From a virus: a stretch of DNA of 64,000 bases. The notes below the pieces were generated by a model. That model saw only the letters and a program-made list of their open reading frames with translations. It did no database searches and was not told where the DNA came from. Positions 53,097 to 61,870 of the stretch are shown here, piece by piece; the stretch's first letter is position 1, and each line of letters starts with the position of its first letter. The position numbers and the translations under genes were made by a program. The stretch is taken from IMG/VR virus record IMGVR_UViG_3300045988_083295, positions 1,409 through 65,408 of that record; one strand, 5' to 3'.

Positions 53097-53306
53097 ATGA
53101 CTATGGACATCATCAAGAAACCCATCGTTAAGCACGACATCGACTTGTGCTGCGAGTGTGCAGCATTCTGCCACGAAGACAAGGGTAACCGCCCCTTCTG
53201 CAAGATGAAGCAGAAGTTCCTGCTGAGCGCGTTCACCCAAGCATGCGACAATCCGCAATATCCTGCGGATCTGAGGAAGAAAAAATACCGCAACCAAAAG
53301 AAGTAG
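53097..53306 (+). CDS. Small Cys-rich (zinc-binding-like) protein
   Basis: CCECAAFCHEDKGNRPFCK and a later C. Confidence 0.5.
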   Translation: MTMDIIKKPIVKHDIDLCCECAAFCHEDKGNRPFCKMKQKFLLSAFTQACDNPQYPADLRKKKYRNQKK

Positions 53307-53309
53307 ACT

Positions 53310-53858
53310 ATGGGAGACTATGTAACCAAGGTGATTCCGTTCACCATGGAGCTGGCCGAGATGATTCTCCGAGGCGAGGCCAAGAATTGCGAAGTGCAGA
53401 CGCGCGAAGGACTCAAGGCCAGACTCCTTGCAACCGACATCAAGGACGTTAGGACGGTTGCAGCTGCCGTGACTAATGTTGCAGGAATGGAGGCTGTTGA
53501 CACGTTCTACCGGGACGGCACTTTCTATGAAGATTCCAAATATTCCGACTAAGACCTTGTGATTCGAGTCAGAACATTCTATCGGGATTACAAGAACTTC
53601 AGACCGACCATGTATCAGGCTTGCCTTGTGCGAGACGTATGTGGATGGTGCGAGTCGGTATGTGTTGGATGGCAAGGTAACGATCCCGACCTAACCCCGG
53701 TATGGTTAAGCTGTAAAGCGAGGATTGCAAGCAAGTTCGAGGCTATCCCCATGACGGCCAACACCATCGGGATTCTAGGTAAGGATATCTCCTACGAAGA
53801 ATATGTTAATGAACAGATGAGGGATATACCTCTTAATAAACTGATTGAGAATGACTAA
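53310..53858 (+). pseudogene. Paralogue of 60400-60897 interrupted by one in-frame TAA (53550-53552)
   Basis: ORFs 53310-53552 and 53559-53858 are in the same frame. Joined, they align along the whole 165-aa paralogue, including DLVIRVRTFYRDYKNFRPTMYQACL against DLHIVVNSRFKDYSNFTPSLFQSCL across the stop. Confidence 0.6.
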
Positions 53859-54399
53859 GAATGATAGATGGAAGACCTTACGTAAGATGGTCGCACTAGA
53901 TTGGAAGCTCATTAAATATGGCTGCGGTAGGTTCATCCCTGAAACAGGCATCGCAACCCTATCGTTGATTCTGTTGATATGCGCTGTTGTCGGTGCGTTC
54001 AATGGGTTCGGAGAATTGGCAGCTGGATGCTCTTTCGTGGCGGTTGCATTGCTTTTCGCGCTGGCATTCTCGATCTATAGCGCAAGCAAGGTTTTTGCTG
54101 ATAGAGAATTGTTAAACATTCATGCAAGGAAAATGTTGTCGGAGAAATGGAGCACCGATTTGGACGACATTAAGATGGGTAGTGAGGATGGTGCAATATA
54201 CATTGTGGTCATCACCCACGTCGGCTATGTATTCCAAGTGAATACGTATGACACCAGATTCGACAACCAAGCCGAAGAAATGCGCTCATCGCTCGACTTT
54301 TTTCGGAAATATCGCAACGCAAAGATTCATTACATCAAGGCTATTGACCTTTTAAAACTATCACTCGATGCTGAAGAGATTCGTCACGAACTTGAATAA
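53851..54399 (+). CDS. Membrane protein (2 TM)
   Basis: ATG at 53851. Helices IATLSLILLICAVVGAF and CSFVAVALLFALAFSIY. Confidence 0.55.
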   Translation: MTKNDRWKTLRKMVALDWKLIKYGCGRFIPETGIATLSLILLICAVVGAFNGFGELAAGCSFVAVALLFALAFSIYSASKVFADRELLNIHARKMLSEKWSTDLDDIKMGSEDGAIYIVVITHVGYVFQVNTYDTRFDNQAEEMRSSLDFFRKYRNAKIHYIKAIDLLKLSLDAEEIRHELE

Positions 54400-54610
54400 G
54401 GACTTCCGCGTTAAGCGCAGAAGACATCTGGCCTACGATATGTGGGACAAGGCTAGCCTGCCCGACATAGAATACTTCTACGACTACGCGTTGCAATATC
54501 AGATTCTGCCGTTCATCTGGATAACTATTCAGATATTCTACGATGACGAAGAATGGGTTGCCAAGGCGCAAGCGGAAGAGGCTCTTTATTACCTGACAAT
54601 TAATGATTGA
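54368..54610 (+). CDS. Hypothetical small protein
   Basis: ORF track. Has a 32-nt overlap with the upstream gene. Confidence 0.35.
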   Translation: MLKRFVTNLNKDFRVKRRRHLAYDMWDKASLPDIEYFYDYALQYQILPFIWITIQIFYDDEEWVAKAQAEEALYYLTIND

Positions 54611-54872
54611 AACGACAATGAAAAAAGTTGAAACAATGGCATGGATGGCCACAAGCAAGATCGGTGTGGTCAACATATTCCTGAAGGAGCCTAAAATGAC
54701 TCCCTATGGTGATTACTTCGGTGAAGGCATGGTGGCCACAATTGGAACAGTCGGAGCTGGTAAGTTCCCTAACCACCACGCCTTCATACTCACCGATGGA
54801 ATTGATTTCCCGAAGGAAGGCAATAAGGTTAGAGTGAAGATAACATTCGAAGTCGTAGATGAGCAAGAATGA
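54603..54872 (+). CDS. Hypothetical small protein
   Basis: ORF track. Confidence 0.5.
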   Translation: MIETTMKKVETMAWMATSKIGVVNIFLKEPKMTPYGDYFGEGMVATIGTVGAGKFPNHHAFILTDGIDFPKEGNKVRVKITFEVVDEQE

Positions 54873-55176
54873 GAAACCTTACCCGTTGACCAGACCTTTC
54901 CTTGATACGGCTGTAGGGGATGATGGGAGGCTGATACTGCACGTCAGGCAAGCCACCAATAAGGGGTATGCCGTGTGCGTATCGGGTGGGGTATTCGACC
55001 CCTCTTATCCCTCATCCGTCTACAGACGATCAAGAACTAAGGATGACGGCAACATCGCTTCGGCCATTATGGCCAACGAGAGCCTATGCACGTTCATTGA
55101 ATATGAAGAGAAGGTATATTTTATTAACTTTGCTTTCTATTACAATCGAAAAATCAACAGCAAACACAAACAATGA
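54859..55176 (+). CDS. Hypothetical small protein
   Basis: ORF track. Confidence 0.5.
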   Translation: MSKNEKPYPLTRPFLDTAVGDDGRLILHVRQATNKGYAVCVSGGVFDPSYPSSVYRRSRTKDDGNIASAIMANESLCTFIEYEEKVYFINFAFYYNRKINSKHKQ

Positions 55177-55188
55177 TAAACATTATTT

Positions 55189-56139
55189 ATGGCGAAAGCG
55201 AAACCTTTCATCAAGTGGGTTGGAGGTAAGGGTCAACTCCTGGAACAACTAGATGCACAACTCCCAGCTGACTTTGACAGTTGGGACAATATAACGTACA
55301 TTGAGTCGTTTGTGGGTGGTGGTGCAATGCTCTTTTATTTGCTCCAACGCTACCCTAACATCCAACATGCAATAATCAATGATATCAATCCAGACCTCAC
55401 TACGTGCTATAAGACAGTAAGAGATAACCCGAAGCAACTGATTGAATCATTGAGAGATATAGAGAATACTTATCTAGCTCTTCAAACCGAGGAGGCAAGA
55501 AAGGATTTCTTTTTGGCTACTCGCGAACGATACAACGAAAAGAATCTAGACTCCATCGAGAATACTACCAAGTTTTTTTTCTTAAACAAAACTTGCTTCA
55601 ACGGATTATACCGTGTCAACAAGAAGGGATTGTTTAATGTCCCCTTTGGCAAATATGCCAATCCTACTATCTGCGATTCTGAGACGATTCTCAAAGACAG
55701 CGAACTTCTCCAACGAGTAGAAATACTTAACGGTGATTTTGAGAAAACTTTTGACTACGCTAATGGTGATACGCTTTTCTACTTTGACCCTCCTTATCGT
55801 CCGCTGAGCGATACGTCCAGCTTTAATGATTACGCAAAAGAAGCATTCAACGATGACGCTCAGATTCGATTGAAAGCGTACTGCGACAGAATTCATCAAG
55901 CTGGTTTCAAGTTCATGCTAAGCAACTCGGACTGCAAGGGCAAGAATGAAGAAGACAACTTCTTTGATGTTCTTTATTCTTCTTATCAAATTGAAAGAGT
56001 CTGGGCTTCACGTAGCATCAACTCAAACCCCAACAAACGTGGCAAATTAACAGAGATTCTTGTGCATAATTACCAAAACACAAAAGCAACCTCTTACCAC
56101 AATGATTTTGGACCATTATTCTCACCGAGCAATATGTGA
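55189..56139 (+). CDS. dam: Dam-type N6-adenine DNA methyltransferase (GATC class, DpnM/MboIA-like)
   Basis: KPFIKWVGGKGQLL, FVGGGAMLF (FxGxG) and FYFDPPY (DPPY) motifs in the D12-class order. Confidence 0.85.
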   Translation: MAKAKPFIKWVGGKGQLLEQLDAQLPADFDSWDNITYIESFVGGGAMLFYLLQRYPNIQHAIINDINPDLTTCYKTVRDNPKQLIESLRDIENTYLALQTEEARKDFFLATRERYNEKNLDSIENTTKFFFLNKTCFNGLYRVNKKGLFNVPFGKYANPTICDSETILKDSELLQRVEILNGDFEKTFDYANGDTLFYFDPPYRPLSDTSSFNDYAKEAFNDDAQIRLKAYCDRIHQAGFKFMLSNSDCKGKNEEDNFFDVLYSSYQIERVWASRSINSNPNKRGKLTEILVHNYQNTKATSYHNDFGPLFSPSNM

Positions 56140-56170
56140 GATCTCACACAAACTGCAAATAAATAATCTT

Positions 56171-56329
56171 ATGCAACAATTCGACACATTCATGTCTCAA
56201 CTTCAAGAGACCAATCAAACTCTTGATTTCTTCTGTGATTTCGACAAAATCTCACAGAATGTAGATGACATCAAGTTAAGCCTTTGCATGCTTAATATAC
56301 TCATTGAATATACAGAAGAAACAACATGA
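56171..56329 (+). pseudogene. Vestigial N-terminal fragment of a DpnII/MboI-type GATC restriction endonuclease
   Basis: MQQFDTFMSQLQETNQTLDFFCDFDKISQNVDDIKLSLCMLNILI parallels the R.DpnII N-terminus as I remember it (FDEWLSTM...YYTDFPKVYKNVSSIKVALNIMNSLI), then stops after 52 codons. Confidence 0.45.
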
Positions 56330-56925
56330 AGAAATATGTAATAAAGTATGCTGATGGAAGCGACCAGCATGAGATGCTGGCCATCCACGAGACAAAAGAG
56401 TCTGCTGTCAGAGGGTTGATTGAATACATCAAGCTATTTGACAACCCACGTTCTCCTTTTGACTTCAAAATTGAAGAAGTCGAATGTGATATAAGTGAGT
56501 GTATTGACTCATTTGATAATGCAATGAAATATCTTGGCCTCGAAAGAAATGATGACTTTATCATAGCTCGTGATATTTTATCACAAAACTCTCTTGAGTT
56601 AGGAAAGGTCAAAAAACTTGTTTCGTGTGTCAACCCCAAGCACATTGAAGCGTTGATTGCCTTGAACAAGTTGTTCACCATCGCTGAAGCATGGAACAAG
56701 GAAGATGGATTTGTACCCGATTTCTCTGATCTGAAACAAGACAAGTGGTATCCCTGGTTCAAGTACGACAATGATGCTACGGGGTTCGTGTACGCGGGTA
56801 CGGCTTACACGCCTACGACTGCGTATGCGCCTTTCGGTTCTCGACTTTGTTTTAAATCGTCCGAGCGCGCCGTGCAATTCGGAAAGCAATTCGCTGACCT
56901 TTACAATTCAGTCTTTCTTTCATAG
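56326..56925 (+). CDS. Hypothetical protein (paralogue family with 57748-58233)
   Basis: Both end in ...G(S/F)R(L/F)(C/R)F(K/N)S(S/E)E(R/A)A..(F/A)(G/A).QF.DL(Y/F). ATGA overlap with the upstream fragment. Confidence 0.6.
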   Translation: MKKYVIKYADGSDQHEMLAIHETKESAVRGLIEYIKLFDNPRSPFDFKIEEVECDISECIDSFDNAMKYLGLERNDDFIIARDILSQNSLELGKVKKLVSCVNPKHIEALIALNKLFTIAEAWNKEDGFVPDFSDLKQDKWYPWFKYDNDATGFVYAGTAYTPTTAYAPFGSRLCFKSSERAVQFGKQFADLYNSVFLS

Positions 56926-56952
56926 AAGATTCGATTGATTATATAAAAGAGA

Positions 56953-57240
56953 ATGACAACAAGAAAAATGGAAATAGAAGAATCAAACATCAGAAGATGG
57001 GCCGAGGAATTCGACTATATAAGGAAGTTCGTCAATGCGTCTCCATCATGCTGGAGATGGTGCGAGCCAACCCAGCAAATCCTGAAAATCCTGCCGCCTG
57101 TGGTGGATGACTATTATCTCTGTACATTCATAGTCAAGGGATACAACCGCGACAAGCCGATAATGATCACCGGGTACTACAAAAGACCCCGATGGAGCGA
57201 TTTTTTCTGCCTCTCGGTAAGTCGTGCTGTTGCGACCTGA
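56953..57240 (+). CDS. Hypothetical small protein
   Basis: ORF track. Confidence 0.5.
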   Translation: MTTRKMEIEESNIRRWAEEFDYIRKFVNASPSCWRWCEPTQQILKILPPVVDDYYLCTFIVKGYNRDKPIMITGYYKRPRWSDFFCLSVSRAVAT

Positions 57241-57407
57241 TTGACAGCAAACGCATAGAAGCGCGTTTCCTTCAGATGGCAAAAGACATCAAAGGTACAT
57301 CCCATCTGAGAGCCAGTAAAAAACTTGCCCAAGCATTCCTCGACAACGTGTATACGTCAGGATCAGACAACCAGTCAAGCCCTTCGGGCACAAAGAAAGA
57401 TTAAAAC

Positions 57408-57761
57408 ATGAAAGTGCAAGAACAACACTGGAAGGACTTCGATAGATACCTTCTTATCAACGACCACGTCGATGCAAGTGTACGTGTCAGTATAAGGAGA
57501 AGCGAGCCGGACACTGCCATCATTGACTCTTTATGGGTCTCAGAGAGAGATCGCGGAAATGGGGACGGGGGATTCCTCCTTGAGACGGCAGAAATGCTTG
57601 CCAAATCCAAAGGGTGTAAGTATGTGGCATTAGCGTATGATGAAACGTTCTCCCCGACATGGGTCTTGGATTGGTACAAGCGTATCGGCTACAAGCCATA
57701 CAAGGTTAATTCAATTGGGTGGATTTTACTCAAGAAAGAAATACAAAATGGAAGCAAATAA
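57408..57761 (+). CDS. GNAT-family N-acetyltransferase
   Basis: IDSLWVSERDRGNGDGGFLLETAEMLAKSKG fits GNAT motif A (R-x-x-G-x-G). Confidence 0.6.
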   Translation: MKVQEQHWKDFDRYLLINDHVDASVRVSIRRSEPDTAIIDSLWVSERDRGNGDGGFLLETAEMLAKSKGCKYVALAYDETFSPTWVLDWYKRIGYKPYKVNSIGWILLKKEIQNGSK

Positions 57762-58233
57762 AAAAACATTCGATTTCCACGAAATCAAGACATTTGAAGA
57801 TGCTTGCCAACGTTTGGGGATTGCTCCTTTCCCTTGTGTCTATCCCGAAAAAGGAAATAAAGAATCAATCTTGCAAGCAGATGCACTTTGCAAACTGATT
57901 GTCATCCAAAAGGCTATCAACAATGGCAAGTGGTGCGACAAATACGGATGGTGTTATTACCCATACTGGATTCTCCGTCCTAACGGGGAAAAGGAGAGCA
58001 TGAGTGAGTATGAGAAGCAGAGAATGGGAATTAAACCACTCCTCTCCTGTGCTTTTGAGGCCATTCCGGAGAATTCGGGTGTTCGCAGTTCGTGTGTGGG
58101 TAGTCATGGTGCGATGACGAGTACTGATTATGGTTTCCCATTCCGCTTTAACAGCGAGGAAGCAGCACTATATGCAGCCCAGCAGTTTGAGGATTTGTTC
58201 TTTAAATTCTACGGAATCAAAGTTAAAGAGTGA
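57748..58233 (+). CDS. Hypothetical protein (paralogue family with 56326-56925)
   Basis: ATG 57748 in frame within track ORF 57637. Shares the C-terminal pattern with 56326-56925. Confidence 0.6.
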   Translation: MEANKKTFDFHEIKTFEDACQRLGIAPFPCVYPEKGNKESILQADALCKLIVIQKAINNGKWCDKYGWCYYPYWILRPNGEKESMSEYEKQRMGIKPLLSCAFEAIPENSGVRSSCVGSHGAMTSTDYGFPFRFNSEEAALYAAQQFEDLFFKFYGIKVKE

Positions 58234-58293
58234 AACTTGGACGATGTTTTTTCTGGCCTTTGGAAGAATTTAGTAACCAAACAAAAAACAAAA

Positions 58294-58497
58294 ATGAAAA
58301 TATCCAAATGGAAAATCACAGCCTTTATCGGGTGGATTGTAGCAACGCTCATCGTTGTCAGCACCACCATGAGAGGCATAAGTAAGGCCGACACGGCAAC
58401 CAACCTCATCAGTGCAGCTGCACTGTTGGCATGGGTGCTGCTATCTCTTGCAACCAATTGTTTCACTTTTATAAATAACAAAAATGAGAAAAATTAA
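58294..58497 (+). CDS. Small 2-TM membrane protein
   Basis: ATG 58294. Helices ITAFIGWIVATLIVVST and LISAAALLAWVLLSLA. Overlaps the start of the SPFH gene. Confidence 0.5.
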   Translation: MKISKWKITAFIGWIVATLIVVSTTMRGISKADTATNLISAAALLAWVLLSLATNCFTFINNKNEKN

Positions 58498-59266
58498 AAT
58501 CTTGAGTTTGTCGTTCCTGCTTCTTGCAGGATTGAGCCTGACATCTTGCAGCGAGCGTATTGACGCTGGTTCGGAAGGCATTCTTGTAAACCTTTATGGC
58601 TCTGACAAGGGCGTTGATGATGTGAGCCTCGTCACTGGTCGTGTATGGTACAATCCCTTCACAGAAGAGGTCTATGAGTATCCGACCTTCGTCCAGACCA
58701 TCGACTACCCGGCATTCACCATCAATGCCAAGGATGGCTCGGAGTTCACCGTTGACCCTACGGTTTCCCTGAAGATGATTGACGGCAACGCACCGCAGGT
58801 CTTCAAGAAGTATCGCAAGGACTTGGGCGACATCATCAACGGAACGCTCTTCAACTACGTCAAGGACGCTTTCCGAATCCAGCTCAACAAGTACACCACT
58901 GACCAGATTGTCAGCAACCGTGATATTGTTGAGCGTGCGATTGAGGCGCAGCTGAGCGAGGCGCTTGCCAAGGAGCATTTTCACCTTGAGCAGCTGACAT
59001 CCGGATTGAAATATCCCAAGTCGATTGCGGATGCTGTGAACCAGAAGAACAAAGCCATTCAGGAAGCACAGCGTGCGCTGAACGAGGTCGAAGTCAAGAA
59101 GGCTGAAGCGGAGAAAATGCTCGTACAGGCTCGCGCAGAGCGAGAGGCAAATGAGCTGAAATCCGCATCACTTACTCCAGCGATCCTCAAGAAGATGTGG
59201 ATTGAGAGATGGGACGGCAAGCTCCCCGTCTACGGGAACGTTCCGCAGATCATGTTGGCGAAGTAA
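58484..59266 (+). CDS. SPFH/band-7 (prohibitin-like) lipoprotein
   Basis: Lipobox signal peptide LLLAGLSLTSC. SPFH-type body followed by an Ala/Glu-rich coiled coil (IQEAQRALNEVEVKKAEAEKMLVQARAEREANEL). Confidence 0.7.
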   Translation: MRKIKILSLSFLLLAGLSLTSCSERIDAGSEGILVNLYGSDKGVDDVSLVTGRVWYNPFTEEVYEYPTFVQTIDYPAFTINAKDGSEFTVDPTVSLKMIDGNAPQVFKKYRKDLGDIINGTLFNYVKDAFRIQLNKYTTDQIVSNRDIVERAIEAQLSEALAKEHFHLEQLTSGLKYPKSIADAVNQKNKAIQEAQRALNEVEVKKAEAEKMLVQARAEREANELKSASLTPAILKKMWIERWDGKLPVYGNVPQIMLAK

Positions 59267-59279
59267 CATTCCATGTATG

Positions 59280-59311
59280 CCTATCCTTAACCATTAGTAG
59301 TTAAGGATAGG
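59280..59311 (+). terminator. 12-bp perfect hairpin after the SPFH gene (no U tract)
   Basis: CCTATCCTTAAC / GTTAAGGATAGG with an 8-nt loop. Confidence 0.45.
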
Positions 59312-59370
59312 TATCATTCCAGACTCTGCACGAAAAGCGGAAACAGCTTAAAAAAACAAATCGAACAATT

Positions 59371-60069
59371 ATGAATGAGAACATTAACCTCGTGGAGATT
59401 CTCCGCGATTACCCTAGGAATATGATTTTTTACAGCCCCGTTTATGGGGATGTAATGTTCGTCGGAATCAAGAAGAGAGGCACCGTAAATACTATAATCG
59501 TGAGGCAGTTCGGTAAAAACCATGTCAACACGTTTACAGAGGATGGCCGTATTTTGTCTATTCCAGACACAGAATGTGCGTTATTCCCCTCAAAAGAATT
59601 GCGCGACTGGAGTAAATTCTGGAAGAATGGGGATATCCTGATCAAGGATGATACGCCTGACAAGATCTACAGATTCGACGGTTATCTGGACAAGACCTAC
59701 ATGAACTTCAGAGCTTTATCACTTAAGACCGATGGCGAATGTTCAACCTTAACCGTAAAGGGTGTTGCACCATTCAAGCTGGCCTCAGAGGACTATATCA
59801 TGGGGTTCTTTGCCAAACTGCACGAGGTGCCTGGTGAAGTGATAGATGTTGAGTGCGTGCCTAACGACCGAGAAGATGAACCGAGACAGCATTTCAAACC
59901 GTATGCCAAGGTGGTTGTTCGCTATGACGACTGGCAATATTGGGTGTGCGGATTGTTCAGTCACATATCTCCAGAAGGTGAATATGTCTGCGTTAACGGG
60001 ATCTACTACAAGCAATGTCTCCCCTATGAAGGTAATGAGCACTTGGTTGGAACGACTAATAACCCCTAG
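59371..60069 (+). CDS. Hypothetical protein
   Basis: ORF track. The C-terminal F-K-P-Y-x-K-V-V-V-R-Y-D-D-W module is related to the C-termini of 60400 and 53559. Confidence 0.6.
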   Translation: MNENINLVEILRDYPRNMIFYSPVYGDVMFVGIKKRGTVNTIIVRQFGKNHVNTFTEDGRILSIPDTECALFPSKELRDWSKFWKNGDILIKDDTPDKIYRFDGYLDKTYMNFRALSLKTDGECSTLTVKGVAPFKLASEDYIMGFFAKLHEVPGEVIDVECVPNDREDEPRQHFKPYAKVVVRYDDWQYWVCGLFSHISPEGEYVCVNGIYYKQCLPYEGNEHLVGTTNNP

Positions 60070-60070
60070 C

Positions 60071-60415
60071 ATGAGCAGAAGAGTTATTTACTTCGGCACA
60101 GAGGGGTGTGGCCGCGCAGGACACTACCCCCTTGGAATCAACTGTGAATTGTCTCGTGAGGAATATGAGCAGGTATTCAATGTTGACAAACTCTCTCCAG
60201 ATGGCTTCTTCCGATTCGATGAGTTCCTTGGGTATGGTGTTCCCTTCTCCCCCGATGACATGCGAGGAGGGTGTAAGACGATTGTCCTTGTTGAGAATGG
60301 CACTGAAGACGAGATCATCTACTGCATCAACAATAATGAATTTCTCAATAGGCAGTTCAACAGAGTAAAAGAAATGTACAATTTAAAAATTCCATTCCTA
60401 TGCGTAAAAACTTAA
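60071..60415 (+). CDS. Hypothetical protein
   Basis: ATG 60071 in frame within track ORF 59846, which overlaps the previous gene. Confidence 0.55.
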   Translation: MSRRVIYFGTEGCGRAGHYPLGINCELSREEYEQVFNVDKLSPDGFFRFDEFLGYGVPFSPDDMRGGCKTIVLVENGTEDEIIYCINNNEFLNRQFNRVKEMYNLKIPFLCVKT

Positions 60416-60897
60416 TAAAGATTATTCCATTTGACCTTAAAAAGGCAAAGAGGATTATGAATGGGGAGATGAAGGGGGTGATAACGGATGGGCTTGGACG
60501 TAAAGCTCGCATTGTCGCTACAGACGTTGCAGGAGAGCAGCCAATTCTAGCGTTAGTTGATTATTTCGATAGGGAAGAGACACCGCAGCTATACAATATA
60601 GACGGAACCCTCCCCAGTGACAGAGGAAAAGATCTTCATATTGTTGTCAATTCAAGATTCAAGGATTACTCAAACTTCACCCCTTCTCTCTTCCAATCCT
60701 GCTTGGCTCGGGAAGGTAAAGGTTATGTATGGAAGGTGTGCGTCTTCTTGGGGAAGACCACATATGGGAGTATGACTTTCCTCATGAGCGACAACGAGGA
60801 ACACGAATTCCCCGAATACCTTCCGCTATCCAAGGACACCTACGGCCTTATTGATTCAACAAGCTCCTACAATGATTATATTAGCGAATTGATTTAA
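60400..60897 (+). CDS. Hypothetical protein, intact paralogue of the split gene at 53310-53858
   Basis: ORF track. Alignment described under 53310-53858. Confidence 0.6.
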   Translation: MRKNLIKIIPFDLKKAKRIMNGEMKGVITDGLGRKARIVATDVAGEQPILALVDYFDREETPQLYNIDGTLPSDRGKDLHIVVNSRFKDYSNFTPSLFQSCLAREGKGYVWKVCVFLGKTTYGSMTFLMSDNEEHEFPEYLPLSKDTYGLIDSTSSYNDYISELI

Positions 60898-60908
60898 AAA
60901 CGAAGAAA

Positions 60909-61268
60909 ATGACTAAAGAAGAAACAAAAAAACTTATTGCCGTCATGCAAGCCTATGTTGATGGCAAGGAGATTGAGTTCTACGATGTGAATGACGAAAA
61001 ATGGGTGACCACAGAAACCCCTTTATGGAGCCCTAATATTAGATACAGAGTTCGACCTATGCATAAGTATAGACCCTTCGAATCATCAGAGGAATGCTGG
61101 AACGAGATGCTCAAACATGAACCTTTCGGTTGGATTAAGGATCATGACGGTATCTATTTCCAAATCCAAAGTACAGATGGTAGCGAAGGTCGGTTTGAAC
61201 GTAGCTTCAAACGATACACCTTCGTTGACGGCAAGCCCCTCGGAGTAATCGAAGAAGAATCAAAATAA
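60909..61268 (+). CDS. Hypothetical small protein
   Basis: ORF track. Confidence 0.55.
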   Translation: MTKEETKKLIAVMQAYVDGKEIEFYDVNDEKWVTTETPLWSPNIRYRVRPMHKYRPFESSEECWNEMLKHEPFGWIKDHDGIYFQIQSTDGSEGRFERSFKRYTFVDGKPLGVIEEESK

Positions 61269-61275
61269 CAGACAC

Positions 61276-61422
61276 ATGTTAGATATTAGCAGAGACCCCT
61301 ACAGCTACACCGAGAAGGACTTTCCCCTTCCCGTGCCCGACAAGCAGCTCACTCCGAAGCAATTCGGGCAATTGCGTGACAACATGTCACGCTTTAAGCG
61401 AAACAAAGGGAAAAGGAAATAA
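61276..61422 (+). CDS. 48-aa basic peptide (below the ORF-track cutoff)
   Basis: Hand translation MLDISRDPYSYTEKDFPLPVPDKQLTPKQFGQLRDNMSRFKRNKGKRK. Fills the gap between neighbouring genes. Confidence 0.3.
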   Translation: MLDISRDPYSYTEKDFPLPVPDKQLTPKQFGQLRDNMSRFKRNKGKRK

Positions 61423-61427
61423 AGTAT

Positions 61428-61661
61428 ATGTGGTTAAAAGAAAGCAATAGACCTAAACACTTTGTTTACGCCATCCCGGCAGCATTTGTAGGAACTATCC
61501 TATTTGCTGCCGGGCTGGCAGTGGGCATGGAGTTCAAGGATAAGCAGTATGGTGGTGACTTCGACTGGCTCGACATCGCTGCAACGATTATTGGTGGACT
61601 TGTCGGACAGATATTGCAAGTGATGGCGATTTGGTCCATCCATTTTCTATTCTTAGAGTAA
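61428..61661 (+). CDS. Small membrane protein (2 TM)
   Basis: ORF track. Helices AIPAAFVGTILFAAGLAVG and IAATIIGGLVGQILQVMAIW. Confidence 0.55.
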   Translation: MWLKESNRPKHFVYAIPAAFVGTILFAAGLAVGMEFKDKQYGGDFDWLDIAATIIGGLVGQILQVMAIWSIHFLFLE

Positions 61662-61699
61662 TGGCGTATGATACCCGAAGACAGTTGTACTGATAGAAT

Positions 61700-61870
61700 A
61701 TGTTGAACGGTAAACTACAACCCGAACCTTGCACCAAGTGTGCGAAGTTCATGACACCACAATGTGACTACGGTTACAGCAATGGTGCGTCTCACCCTTG
61801 TCAAGGGTGGGGACAGAAAGCTAAAAAGTATTACGAACCAATTAAACGCAAGAAGAATGAGCGAGAATAA
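61700..61870 (+). CDS. 56-aa Cys-rich peptide (below the ORF-track cutoff)
   Basis: Hand translation MLNGKLQPEPCTKCAKFMTPQCDYGYSNGASHPCQGWGQKAKKYYEPIKRKKNERE. Confidence 0.3.
   Translation: MLNGKLQPEPCTKCAKFMTPQCDYGYSNGASHPCQGWGQKAKKYYEPIKRKKNERE

Noticed and set aside
57192-57404. 70-aa ORF between 56953-57240 and the GNAT gene
   Set aside because: Its upstream part overlaps the preceding gene from a non-ATG start. Only a 42-codon piece from ATG 57276 would be free-standing, which is too weak to call.
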